DNA of 64,000 nucleotides. It comes from Trueperaceae bacterium. Its GTDB lineage: Bacteria > Deinococcota > Deinococci > Deinococcales > Trueperaceae. Both the position numbers and the translations under genes were made by a program. Below the pieces are notes generated by a model. That model did not search any database. It worked only from the letters and a program-made list of their open reading frames with translations, and was not told the origin of the DNA. Positions within the stretch are counted from its first letter, which is position 1. Each line of letters opens with the position of its first letter. Positions 37,288 through 46,770 of the stretch are shown here, one piece after another. Where the stretch lies: NCBI GenBank assembly GCA_034521815.1, contig JAXHLW010000012.1:126953-190952 (forward strand), in the 5' to 3' direction.

Positions 37288-37335
37288 TGCGGAGAGAGAG
37301 GGAGAAACCGTCTCGTCTACGTCCCGTCCCTACGA
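37240..37335 (-). ncRNA. Candidate ~95-nt small RNA
   Basis: -10 TAGCCT (37346-37341), GGAC-N4-GTCC box at about -42, CU-rich UUUCUCCCUCUCUCUCC segment, terminal hairpin. Confidence 0.35.
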
Positions 37336-37400
37336 GACCTAGGCTACGTCCGGCCTCGGCAGAGACCCAGGGACATACGTCCTTCGCCCCGTCGAACGTC

Positions 37401-38096
37401 CTACGCCCCTAGCGCTCCTCGGCGCGACAGCCCTTCGCGGCCGACCGGGCGGTGATCCCGCGCCGCCAACAGCGCCGCGTTCCGGCGCCGTCCGGGTCCG
37501 AAGCGCAGGCGGGCGGCCGTGGTGTGGTCGCGGTGCCCGAGAAGGAACAGCCGCTGCTGCGCGATCCAGGCGGGGCGGGGAAGGGCGCCGCCGGCGGCCA
37601 TCAGCTCCAGCCGCAGATCCTCGTTCCTGCGCAGGAACGCCTTCGAGGCCAGGACCGCCATGTCGGCGTCCGCGACGATTCGTTCCAGCGTCGTGCGGGG
37701 CCGCTGCGGAAGCTTGGTGGCGAGGATCATGCCGGCGATGCGCTCGATCGCGTCCGAATCGAAGCCGCGGCTCGGGAGGAGACGGCGCACCATCTCGACC
37801 GCGGCCTGCTCGTGCCCGGCGCGACGCTCCAGGAAGCCCAGATCGTGAAACGCGGCGGCGGTCTCGACCAGCGCCCGCTCACGGCCGGACAGGCGCAGGT
37901 CCTCGGCCAGGGCGCGCGCTGCGGGAAGCACCTCGTCGAAGGTGTGCCGGGCGTCGTGGTAGCGAAGCGCCGGATCCAGGCCCGTGGCGAGAGCGGACGC
38001 CTGCTCCAGGGCGCCCGCGAGGTCCAGCCCCGAGGACGGGTCCTCGGAGGGTTCCTGGGACGGGGCCGAGATCGGTGCCGGCGACGATGCTCGCAT
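37401..38096 (-). CDS. HD-domain metal-dependent phosphohydrolase
   Basis: YHDARHT, FHDLGF, GHE, ATKLPQRP, DADM; TAGGCT-N6-ATG. Confidence 0.88.
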   Translation of the reverse strand: MRASSPAPISAPSQEPSEDPSSGLDLAGALEQASALATGLDPALRYHDARHTFDEVLPAARALAEDLRLSGRERALVETAAAFHDLGFLERRAGHEQAAVEMVRRLLPSRGFDSDAIERIAGMILATKLPQRPRTTLERIVADADMAVLASKAFLRRNEDLRLELMAAGGALPRPAWIAQQRLFLLGHRDHTTAARLRFGPGRRRNAALLAARDHRPVGREGLSRRGALGA

Positions 38097-38178
38097 CGTC
38101 CAAGCCTACCCGGCGCGCTCTTACATTAGGATGACTGGACAGGTCGGGACGTTCGTCCCTGGAAGTCGAGGTACAGCG

Positions 38179-41100
38179 GTGAGCGATGCAGCGCGTGCGC
38201 TCGGTGCGTTCATTCCCCAAGACCGCCGTCGGGCGTTGGCGGGGGGGCCGTCGGTCGCGGATCGCGAGCGTGGCGCGGCCGTGTTCGCCGACCTGTCCGG
38301 GTTCACCGCGCTCACCGAGCGGCTCGCGAATCGGCTGGGTCCGCTGCGCGGGGCGGAAGAGCTGGGGGCGTGGCTGCGGCGGATCTTCGATCCGATGATC
38401 GCCTGCGTCGAGGCCGAGGACGGCAGCGTCCTGGGCTTCGCCGGCGACGCGATCACCTGCTTCTTCGGCGGGGACGACGGGAGCCGCGCGGTCCGTGCCG
38501 CCGAGCGAATGCAGCAGGAGGTCGCCCTTCTCGAAGCCGCGCGGGCCGCCGACGGCGAGCGCGTCGGGGTGCGACTCAAGGTCGCCATCGCCGTCGGCGA
38601 GGTGCGCCGCTTCGTCGTGGGCGATCCCGCCCGGAGGTCGTGGGACGTGATGGCGGGGGCCACGCTGGTGCGGACCGCCGCGATGGAGGAGAGCGCCAAG
38701 CCGGGCGAGGTGGTCGTCGACGCGGCGGCGGCACGGGCCGCCGGCCGCGAGCCGATCGAGATCCGCGGCGACGCCTACGTGCTGCGCGCTGCCGACGACG
38801 CCGACCGGGCGGACGGTGCGACCGGCGACGCCGGTGACGGTGCCGAGGACCCAGGGGTCGCGAACGCTCCGGTCGCGAACGCTGCGGTCCCGAACGCTGC
38901 GAGCGCGAACCCTGCGAGCGCAGCGGAGGTGGCCCCGTCGGGCGCCGACGCCTACCTCGACCACGCCGTCGCGCGGCCCCGCGACGAGCTGTGGCCCGAC
39001 GTCGCGACGGCCTCGCCGTGGGCGCCCGAGGTGGCGCGCGACCGGGTCGCCCACGACAGTGCGCCGCTGGGCGACTTCAGGCCTGCCGGCGCCGTGTTCG
39101 TCTCCTTCGGCGGGATCGACTGGGACGGCGATCCGCAGGCCGGAGAGCGGCTGGACCTGTTCCTGCGCCACGTGCAGCGCGAGCTGGACGTCGCGGGAGG
39201 CACGCTGGTGCAGGTGACCGTCGGGGACAAGGGCAGCTACCTGTACGCCGCCTTCGGCGCGCCGCGGGCGCACGGGGACGATGCGCGCCGGGCGGTCGCC
39301 TTCGCGATGCGGCTGGTCGCGGCGCGCGGTCCCGAGATCGGCCAGGTGGACGGGCTGCGGGCCGGCGTGACGTACGGCGCGATGTACACGGGGGCGTACG
39401 GCGGCGTCACCCGCAAGACGTACGGCGTGCTGGGCCCCAAGACGAACCTGGCGGCGCGCCTGATGAAGCGAGCCGGCGTCGGCGAGGTGCTGTGCGATCC
39501 GGAGGCCGCCCGGCGCTCGCGGCGTGCCGTCCGGTTCTCGGCGCTGCCGGCCGAGACGTTCAAGGGGGTCGGCAAGCCGGTCGCGCTGCACCGGGCGGAA
39601 CGGGAGGCGACCGAGGACGAGCTGGGCGCGACCCCGATGTTCGGCCGCGACGCCGAGCGGATCGACGCCAGCGGGCTGATCGTCCAGCTGGGCCACGGCG
39701 AGGGCGGCTACCTGCGCTACGAGGGCGAGGCGGGGATCGGAAAGACGCGGCTGCTGACGTGGATCGCCGAGGCCGCCGCCGCTCGCAAGGTCCGGTCGCT
39801 GCGCGGTACGGCGCAGGGCGACGGGAGCGAGGCCGGCTACGCCCTCTGGCGAGGACCGTTCGCGCAGCTGCTGGACCTGCCGGAAGGATCGTCGCTGGAC
39901 GCGGTGCGAGAGGCGCTGATCCGGCGGGGCCAAGCGGCCGACGGCGGCGCGGCCGAGGCGATGACCTCGCTGCTGACGCCGGGCGGCGTCGAGGGAACGC
40001 GCGACGGTGCTGCCCGGCGCGAGGCGGTCGCGAGCGCGGCGCTGGCCACGGTGGACCACGCGCTGGACCAGGGGCCGCTGCTGTTCCTGCTGGACGACGT
40101 GCATCGGATCGACGAGCGCTCGCGCGACCTGCTGGCCCGGATCGCCCAGCGGATGCGCGCGCATCCGCTGGGCATCGTGGCGGTCGGCCGTCCGACGTCC
40201 GGCGCGGCGGCCGACGCGTTGGACGCGCACCTTCCCGGCCCGGCCCGGCGACTGTCGGGCCTCGAGGCGGAAGAGTCGCGCATGCTGATCGCGGGAGCGT
40301 TGAGCGTGCCCGCGATGTCCGTGCCGTACCCGGTCGCGACGGCGATCCACGAGCGCGCGGGCGGGGTTCCGGTCCTGGTCGAGGAGATCGTGCGCGACCT
40401 CGTCGAGCGCGACGCGCTCCGGGCCGAGCGCAGCTGGCGAGGGGTGGGGCGCGATGCACGTGGGCGTGCGCCCAGGCAGAGCGAGACCCGGGTGACGTTC
40501 GACGAGGCCGCCCTGCGCGATCTGGAAGGCGGCCTGGACGCGCTGCTGCTGGCCCGGATCGATCGGCTCTCGATCAGCGAGCGCACCGCGATGAAGACCG
40601 CCGCGGTGGTGGGCCGGACCGCCGAGCACGATCCCCTGGCGCACCTGCTCGAAAGCGACCCCGCCGCGCTGGACGCGGCCCTCGCGCCGCTCGAGAGCCC
40701 CGACATGCTCGAGGCGCTGTCCGGCGCGCACCGCTTCCAGCAGACGGTGCTGCACGACGCGGCGTACGAGAACCTGCTGTTCGAGCAGCGGCGGACGCTG
40801 CACCGCGGGATGAGCGCCTGGTACCTGCGGCGACTTCAAGCGGGCGAGGAGGTCGACCCGGCGCGGATGGCGTACCACTTCTTCCACGCGACGGAGGGCG
40901 AGGACGATCCCGAGCTGGTCCGGCCGGCCCTGGCGGCGCTGGAGAGCCTGGCGCGACGTCACCAGGCGGCCGGAGCGCACGACGAGGCGCTGGCCGCTCT
41001 GAAGAAGGCGGATCGCCTGGTGCCGCAAGGGCCGTCGTGGGACGAGGACCGGGCCCGGGTCGCGATCCGGGCCGGGTCTCTGCACGAGCGGATGGGGCGT

Positions 41101-42042
41101 CACGGCAAGGCGCGCGAGCGCTTCCGGAGCGCGATCGAGGCCGCCCACCGGGCGAACGACGTCGCCCAGGAGGCCGAGGCGCAGAGCGGGCTGGCGCTGC
41201 TGGCGTTGCACCTGGGCGAGCTGGACGAGGCGCGGGTCGCGGCCGAGGCGGCCCACGACCTGGCCCGATCGGCGGGCGACGACGCGGCCGTGGCCAGCGC
41301 CGCCCTGACCGCGGCGCGGGTGGCCGAGACCAGCGGCGACCTGAGCGAGGCGATCCGTCAGGCGCGCGTCGCGGTCGCCGGCTGGGAGCGTCTCGGCGAC
41401 GACGAGGCGTCGCTCCCGGCGCGGATCCAGCTGGGTCGCTGCTCCCTGGCGGCGGGCGAGGTGGAGGAGGCGGAGCGCTGGCTGACGCCGGCCCTGGCGG
41501 CGGCCGAGGCGGCCGGACGGCCGTACCTCGAGGCGCTCGCGGGGTTCGCGATGGGCGACATCGCGCGGCGACGCGGTCGGCCCGACGAGGCCGAGGACCG
41601 GTTCACGCGCTCGCTGAGCGTGTTCGAGACCCACTCGGCGGCGCGCGAGGCGATCCTGGCGACCCGGGCGCTGGCCGAGCTGGCGTTGGCCGCGGGGCGG
41701 CTGGTGGACGCGGATCGGCGGTACACCGACGCGTTCGACGCGGCGCGCGAGCTGAACGCCATGCCGCACCTCGTGGCCGCCGCGGTGGGGCGTGCCCGGA
41801 TCGCCTGGATCCGAGGTCACGCCGGCTGGGCGATCGGCATCGTGGAGGCGGCTCGGCATCACCCCTCCCTGGATCCCGAGACCGCCGGCGTCGTGCAGGA
41901 GATGCGGACCGAGATTCTGGACCGGCTGGGCGCGCGGGAGGCGTCGGCGCTGGCGGCGTCGGGGGTCACGATGCGCGTCGAGGACGCCCGCGACGCGCCG
42001 ACCTCGCAGGCGACGCGGTTCGGGCGGGGCGGGCGGCGCTGA
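38179..42042 (+). CDS. Double class III nucleotide cyclase + AAA/STAND ATPase + TPR protein (soluble-AC-like architecture)
   Basis: C1: FADLSGFT, FAGDA; C2: GDKGS, YGVLG..TNLAARLM; Walker A GEAGIGKT, Walker B LLDDVH; TPR-like C-terminus. Confidence 0.9.
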   Translation: MSDAARALGAFIPQDRRRALAGGPSVADRERGAAVFADLSGFTALTERLANRLGPLRGAEELGAWLRRIFDPMIACVEAEDGSVLGFAGDAITCFFGGDDGSRAVRAAERMQQEVALLEAARAADGERVGVRLKVAIAVGEVRRFVVGDPARRSWDVMAGATLVRTAAMEESAKPGEVVVDAAAARAAGREPIEIRGDAYVLRAADDADRADGATGDAGDGAEDPGVANAPVANAAVPNAASANPASAAEVAPSGADAYLDHAVARPRDELWPDVATASPWAPEVARDRVAHDSAPLGDFRPAGAVFVSFGGIDWDGDPQAGERLDLFLRHVQRELDVAGGTLVQVTVGDKGSYLYAAFGAPRAHGDDARRAVAFAMRLVAARGPEIGQVDGLRAGVTYGAMYTGAYGGVTRKTYGVLGPKTNLAARLMKRAGVGEVLCDPEAARRSRRAVRFSALPAETFKGVGKPVALHRAEREATEDELGATPMFGRDAERIDASGLIVQLGHGEGGYLRYEGEAGIGKTRLLTWIAEAAAARKVRSLRGTAQGDGSEAGYALWRGPFAQLLDLPEGSSLDAVREALIRRGQAADGGAAEAMTSLLTPGGVEGTRDGAARREAVASAALATVDHALDQGPLLFLLDDVHRIDERSRDLLARIAQRMRAHPLGIVAVGRPTSGAAADALDAHLPGPARRLSGLEAEESRMLIAGALSVPAMSVPYPVATAIHERAGGVPVLVEEIVRDLVERDALRAERSWRGVGRDARGRAPRQSETRVTFDEAALRDLEGGLDALLLARIDRLSISERTAMKTAAVVGRTAEHDPLAHLLESDPAALDAALAPLESPDMLEALSGAHRFQQTVLHDAAYENLLFEQRRTLHRGMSAWYLRRLQAGEEVDPARMAYHFFHATEGEDDPELVRPALAALESLARRHQAAGAHDEALAALKKADRLVPQGPSWDEDRARVAIRAGSLHERMGRHGKARERFRSAIEAAHRANDVAQEAEAQSGLALLALHLGELDEARVAAEAAHDLARSAGDDAAVASAALTAARVAETSGDLSEAIRQARVAVAGWERLGDDEASLPARIQLGRCSLAAGEVEEAERWLTPALAAAEAAGRPYLEALAGFAMGDIARRRGRPDEAEDRFTRSLSVFETHSAAREAILATRALAELALAAGRLVDADRRYTDAFDAARELNAMPHLVAAAVGRARIAWIRGHAGWAIGIVEAARHHPSLDPETAGVVQEMRTEILDRLGAREASALAASGVTMRVEDARDAPTSQATRFGRGGRR

Positions 42043-42057
42043 GGCCGCGGCGCGCGG

Positions 42058-44274
42058 TCAGCCGGCCTGGACCGAGTCGGGCGTCCAGCCGGCCAGCGCG
42101 GCGTCGGCGTGCGTCCTGCCCAGCTCGATCAGCTCGTCGACCCGGTCGAACTCCAGGCTGCCGAAGCCGTCGGTCGGGAAGCGCACCAGCAGGTCCGCGC
42201 CCTGGCCGAGCCGTTCCATCAGGTAGTGGCTGTTCAGGCTGGTCGCCTTGGTGAGGACCTGGAGGATCGAGGGAACCTGCAGGGTGCGCCGCGAGCGCGG
42301 CAGCAGACGCTGCGCCAGGACGGACCACCCCGACAGCTGGTCGGGGAACGCGTACCGCTCGCTACCGCGTTCTTCGCCGTAGGCGTTCGAGGCGATCATG
42401 GGGCCGTCGCCGAACCGCTCGCGCGCCAGATCGACGGGGAAGTTGTTCATCACCCCGCCGTCGACGATCAGGTCGCCGTCGTCGACGATCGGCGAGAACA
42501 CGCCGGGGATCGCGCTGCTTCCCCGGATCGCGCGCCACAGCGGACCGCGGTCCAACAGCCACGGCTCGGCCCGGCTCAGGTTGGCCGCCACGCAGAAGAA
42601 CGGCGTGACCAGGTCCTCGATCCGGGCGTCGTCGAACATCTCGCGCAGCAGCTCGCTGAGCCCGCGCGAGCGCGCGATCGAGACGATCGGCAAGGTGCGG
42701 TCGACGATGCGCTTGGGGTTCCCGAAGCGACGGGCGGAGGCTTCGGCGAACGCCGCCGAGCGGGACATCGCGTAGGCGCCGCCGACCAGCGCCCCCATGC
42801 TGGTTCCCGCCACGGCGTCGATCTCGAGGCCGGTCGCCTCGATCGCGGCCAGCAGGCCGATGTGCACGTAGCCGCGGGCGCCTCCGCCGGAGAGCACGAG
42901 AATCCGTCCCTGGCCGGTGATGCGGCGCGCGGCGCGCCTGAGCTCGCCGGCGTCGCCGAGACGCAGGTGGTGGTGCGTCCGGGGCCGCACCCGGTCCAGC
43001 CACGCGGCGGTCCCGGACGGGACGTCCGCGTCGTCGGGCCGGACCAGGAACAGCTCGACCGGCGTGTCGGGCGCCAGGGCACGGACGCGGTCCACGACGT
43101 CGTCCAGCACGGCCCGGCTCCGGGCGTCCGCGACGAGCACGACCCGGTCGGCCTGGCGGACGCAGCGCTCGCTCCAGGCCGTCCAGGTGTCGTCGGTGAG
43201 GTAGAGGAGGTGCGTATGCGCACGTTCCTCCTGATCGAGCCAGTCGCCCAGCACTTGCGCGGTGGCCTCGCCTTGCACCGTGTCGGCGACGTCCGGCCGG
43301 TCGAACGCACGCTCGATCGCCTTCCGGTCGACGATCGCCGATCCGCCGTGCGGGTCCAGGCCCGCGGCCAGGCCCGCGGCGACCGCGGCCAAGGGAGCGT
43401 CGGCCGTGAGCCGCAGCAGCGCGAAGGTGCGTGGCGACCGGCCCCGGCCGCGACCGTCCCCGCGCCGCTGGCTGCGCTGGGCGACGACGCGCGCCAGCCG
43501 CGCCATGAACGGCGCGTGCCGCTCCGCCACCTCGGGCGGGACCCGCACCAGCCTCGTGTCGCGTAGCGCACGGGCGGTGGCGGTGCGCGTGGTTCCCAGC
43601 AGCATCGAGGTCTCGCCCGTGCTCTCGCCGGGAGCGACCTCGCCGGCGACGTGGGGCCCCTCGGCTCCGTCCGCCGCCCGGGTCGCCGTCCGCTCCAGCC
43701 GAAGCCGACCGGACACCACCAGGTAGACGGCGTCGCCCGGATCGCCCTGCGCGAACAGGGTCTCGCCGCCCGCGAGCTCGATCCACTCCAGGGCCGCCTC
43801 CAGCCGAGCGACGTCGGGCGCGTCGTGAACGTCGAACCAGTCGTGCAGCAGAGGCGTGAGGTGCGTGCGCCGCAGCCGCGGCCGCATCGCCTTCTCGAGT
43901 CGCTCCAGCAGGACGGGGTGCAGCTCCACCAGCGCCTTGAACCGGGCGGCAGGCAGCCGCCGGAGCGTGGCGTCCTCGGTCGCCGCGACGGTGGCCGAGC
44001 GCGGGCGCCCGGTGAGCAGCGCCGTCTCGCCCAGCGCGGCGGGAGGGGTCAGCGTGTCGATCACGGCGGTGTGGCCGTCGCGGTTCACGCGAACCTCGAG
44101 GCGCCCTTCGGTGAGCACGTACATCGCGTCGGCCGCGTCGCCTTGCCGGAACAGCTCCTTGCCGGCGGAAACGTGCACCACCGACGCCCCGCGCTCCAGC
44201 GCGGCCAGGGCCTCGTCGCCCAGCCCTTCGAAGAGCGGGACGTTCGCGAACGCGGGGGGCTGGTCGCCGAGCAT
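42058..44274 (-). CDS. 2x cNMP-binding + patatin phospholipase (NTE-like)
   Basis: Two cNMP domains (LFRQGD...GE...PRSATV; LFAQGD...GE...RTAT); patatin GGGARG, GTSMG, DGG; AGGAGG RBS. Confidence 0.93.
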   Translation of the reverse strand: MLGDQPPAFANVPLFEGLGDEALAALERGASVVHVSAGKELFRQGDAADAMYVLTEGRLEVRVNRDGHTAVIDTLTPPAALGETALLTGRPRSATVAATEDATLRRLPAARFKALVELHPVLLERLEKAMRPRLRRTHLTPLLHDWFDVHDAPDVARLEAALEWIELAGGETLFAQGDPGDAVYLVVSGRLRLERTATRAADGAEGPHVAGEVAPGESTGETSMLLGTTRTATARALRDTRLVRVPPEVAERHAPFMARLARVVAQRSQRRGDGRGRGRSPRTFALLRLTADAPLAAVAAGLAAGLDPHGGSAIVDRKAIERAFDRPDVADTVQGEATAQVLGDWLDQEERAHTHLLYLTDDTWTAWSERCVRQADRVVLVADARSRAVLDDVVDRVRALAPDTPVELFLVRPDDADVPSGTAAWLDRVRPRTHHHLRLGDAGELRRAARRITGQGRILVLSGGGARGYVHIGLLAAIEATGLEIDAVAGTSMGALVGGAYAMSRSAAFAEASARRFGNPKRIVDRTLPIVSIARSRGLSELLREMFDDARIEDLVTPFFCVAANLSRAEPWLLDRGPLWRAIRGSSAIPGVFSPIVDDGDLIVDGGVMNNFPVDLARERFGDGPMIASNAYGEERGSERYAFPDQLSGWSVLAQRLLPRSRRTLQVPSILQVLTKATSLNSHYLMERLGQGADLLVRFPTDGFGSLEFDRVDELIELGRTHADAALAGWTPDSVQAG

Positions 44275-44387
44275 CGGTCCTCCTGGTCGGGCGTCGTGCC
44301 AGGGCGCGGGTCGGTGCGCGTGACAGTGCGCGTGACAGACACGGTGCGTGACGGGCCGCGGGTCGGGGTGCACGAAATCTACCATTC

Positions 44388-44421
44388 GACCGGGGAGGGC
44401 GACGCGTCGCCCTCCCCGGTC
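44388..44421. terminator. Perfect 34-bp palindrome between the SDR and patatin genes
   Basis: gaccggggagggcgacg|cgtcgccctccccggtc. Confidence 0.65.
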
Positions 44422-44449
44422 CTTGGCTCCACCGCAGGATCCGATCGAC

Positions 44450-45151
44450 TCAGCGTGGCGGGTAGACCGGCACCTCCAGCAGTCGACCGCCCTGTCCGGC
44501 CAGCGCGGCGGCGAGGAACGCCCGAGCGATCGCGTCGGGCGTGATCCAGCCGTTCGGTCCGGGGTCGGGCAGGTGCTCGCGGCTGGTCCGGGTGTCCACC
44601 GTGCCCAGCGGCGTCACGATGCTGACGACGACGGACGTGTCCGCCAGCTCGGCGTCCAGCGCGCGCAGCATCGTCGCGCCGGCTCCTTTGGCGGCCGAGA
44701 ACAGCGTCGCTCCCTCCATCCCGCCCTGAAACGCTTGGCGCGCGCCGATGGCCGACACGAACGCCTCGTCACGCTTCTTGAGGTGCGGAAGGAAGGCCCG
44801 CAGGGTGTGGAACAGGGTGCGCACGTTGCTGTCGAAGGCGCGGTCGAACGCGTCTGCATCGACCTCTTCGAGCCGTCCCGGGACCACCTCGCCGACGAGG
44901 TGGACCAGGCCGTCGATGCGGCCCATGCGCTCCAATGCGGACGCGGCGGCGCGTTCCGCGCTCGCGGCGGTCAACAGGTCCTCCTCGATGGCGCGGGTGG
45001 CGTACGAGTCCGCGCGGGCGCGAATCCGGATCACGTCACGGTCCACCAGGATCGGGCGCGCCCCCGCCTCGGCGAACACCTCTTCGACCGCCCCGGCGAC
45101 GGCACCGCCGGCGCCGGTGATCACGATCGCCTTGTCGTTCAGCGTCTTCAT
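44450..45151 (-). CDS. Short-chain dehydrogenase/reductase
   Basis: VITGAGGAVA, IDGLVHLVG, FSAAKG (F in place of the catalytic Y). Confidence 0.82.
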   Translation of the reverse strand: MKTLNDKAIVITGAGGAVAGAVEEVFAEAGARPILVDRDVIRIRARADSYATRAIEEDLLTAASAERAAASALERMGRIDGLVHLVGEVVPGRLEEVDADAFDRAFDSNVRTLFHTLRAFLPHLKKRDEAFVSAIGARQAFQGGMEGATLFSAAKGAGATMLRALDAELADTSVVVSIVTPLGTVDTRTSREHLPDPGPNGWITPDAIARAFLAAALAGQGGRLLEVPVYPPR

Positions 45152-45162
45152 GGCTCTCCCCC

Positions 45163-46770
45163 TCAGCTGCCGGCCTTGGGCCCGGCGGCCACGACCTCGT
45201 CCGTCACGTCCTTCTCGAACCGTTGGAAGTTGCGGCGGAACATGCCGGCCAGCTCGGCGGCCTGCGCGTCGTAAGCGTCCATGTCGCTCCACGTTCCACG
45301 CGGATCGAGCACCTCTTGCGGTACGCCGGGACAGGAGACGGGAACGTGAAGGCCGAACGCGGCGTCCGGTCGCGTCTCGACCCCGTCCAGGCGGTGGTCC
45401 AGGGCGGCGTCCAGCATGGCGCGGGTGTACGAGATCGACATCCTCTTGCCCGTGCCGTACGGACCGCCGGTCCAGCCGGTGTTCACCAGCCAGCCCTGGG
45501 AGCCTTCCTGACGCATCTTCTCGGCCAGCAGCGAGGCGTACTCGACCGGCCTGCGCGGCATGAACGGCGCGCCGAAGCAGGCGCTGAAGGTCGCTTCGGG
45601 CTCGGTGACGCCGCGCTCGGTGCCGGCCAGCTTGGCGGTGTAGCCCGACAGGAAGTAGTACTCGACCTGCTCGGGCGTCAGCTTCGCGATGGGCGGCAGC
45701 ACCCCGAACGCGTCGGCGGTGAGGAACACGACGTCGGTCGGGTGGCCTGCGTAGCCCACCATGCTGGCGTTGCCGATGTGGCTGATCGGGTAGCCGGCCC
45801 GCATGTTCTCGGTCTTCGAGGTGTCGTCGAGGTTCACGCGCCGCGTCTCGGGGTCCACGACGACGTTCTCGAGGATCGTGCCGAAGCGCCGCGTCGTGCC
45901 GTAGATCTCGGGCTCGGCCTGGGCCGAGAGGTGCTCGATCTTGGCGTAGCAGCCGCCCTCGAAGTTGAACACCCCGTCGTCCGACCAGCCGTGCTCGTCG
46001 TCGCCGATCAGCGTCCGGTCGGGGGTCGCCGAGAGGGTGGTCTTGCCGGTGCCGGAGAGGCCGAAGAACACCGCGACCTCGTTGTCGGGACCGACGTTGG
46101 CGCTGCAGTGCATCGGCATCACGCCGCGCTCGGGCAGCTCGAAGTTCATCATGCTGAACGCGGACTTCTTCATCTCGCCGGCGTACTCGGTCGATCCGAT
46201 CAGGACCATCCGCTCGGTCAGGCTCATGGCGACGACCGTCTCGCCGCGCGTCCCCATGGTCGCGGGGTCGGCAGCGAAGCTGGGGACGGTCACGATCGTG
46301 TAGGCGGGCTCGTGCCGCTCGAGCGCCCGGCGGGTAGGCCTCACGAACATGTTGCGGACGAACAGCGAGTGCCAGGCGAACTCGGTGATGACGCGCACCG
46401 CCACGCGGAACGACGGGTGCGTGCCGACGAAGACGTCCTGCACGAACAGGTCGCGCCCACGGGTCGCGTCCAGGATGCCGCGCTTGACGTTGTCGAACTG
46501 TTCGGGCTCCATCGGCTGGTTCACCGGGCCCCAGTCGACGGTGTCCTCGCTGCGGGCGTCGCGCACGACGTACTTGTCCTTGGGCGAGCGTCCGGTGTAG
46601 CGACCCGTGTCCACCGCGAGCGGACCGAGGTGCACCAGCTTGCCCTCGTCGCGCGTGAGGGCGGCGGTGTAGAGCTCAGGCGTGGTGAGGTTCCAGTGCA
46701 CCGTGCCGGCGTCTCGGATGCCGAGAGCGTCGAGCGATTCCGGCTTGGCGTGATGACCGACGTGATTCAT
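45163..46770 (-). CDS. pckA: Phosphoenolpyruvate carboxykinase (ATP)
   Basis: TGRSPKDK, YAGEMKK, MHCSAN, GLSGTGKTTLS, IGDDEHGW, NFEGGCYAK. Confidence 0.97.
   Translation of the reverse strand: MNHVGHHAKPESLDALGIRDAGTVHWNLTTPELYTAALTRDEGKLVHLGPLAVDTGRYTGRSPKDKYVVRDARSEDTVDWGPVNQPMEPEQFDNVKRGILDATRGRDLFVQDVFVGTHPSFRVAVRVITEFAWHSLFVRNMFVRPTRRALERHEPAYTIVTVPSFAADPATMGTRGETVVAMSLTERMVLIGSTEYAGEMKKSAFSMMNFELPERGVMPMHCSANVGPDNEVAVFFGLSGTGKTTLSATPDRTLIGDDEHGWSDDGVFNFEGGCYAKIEHLSAQAEPEIYGTTRRFGTILENVVVDPETRRVNLDDTSKTENMRAGYPISHIGNASMVGYAGHPTDVVFLTADAFGVLPPIAKLTPEQVEYYFLSGYTAKLAGTERGVTEPEATFSACFGAPFMPRRPVEYASLLAEKMRQEGSQGWLVNTGWTGGPYGTGKRMSISYTRAMLDAALDHRLDGVETRPDAAFGLHVPVSCPGVPQEVLDPRGTWSDMDAYDAQAAELAGMFRRNFQRFEKDVTDEVVAAGPKAGS

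Noticed and set aside
37879-41862. 1327-aa antisense ORF and other long shadow ORFs (e.g. 1093-2982, 38991-42254, and the 5' parts of 46969-49689 and 51454-54366)
   Set aside because: Arg/Pro/Gly-rich, motif-free products overlapping well-supported genes; expected in very high-GC DNA
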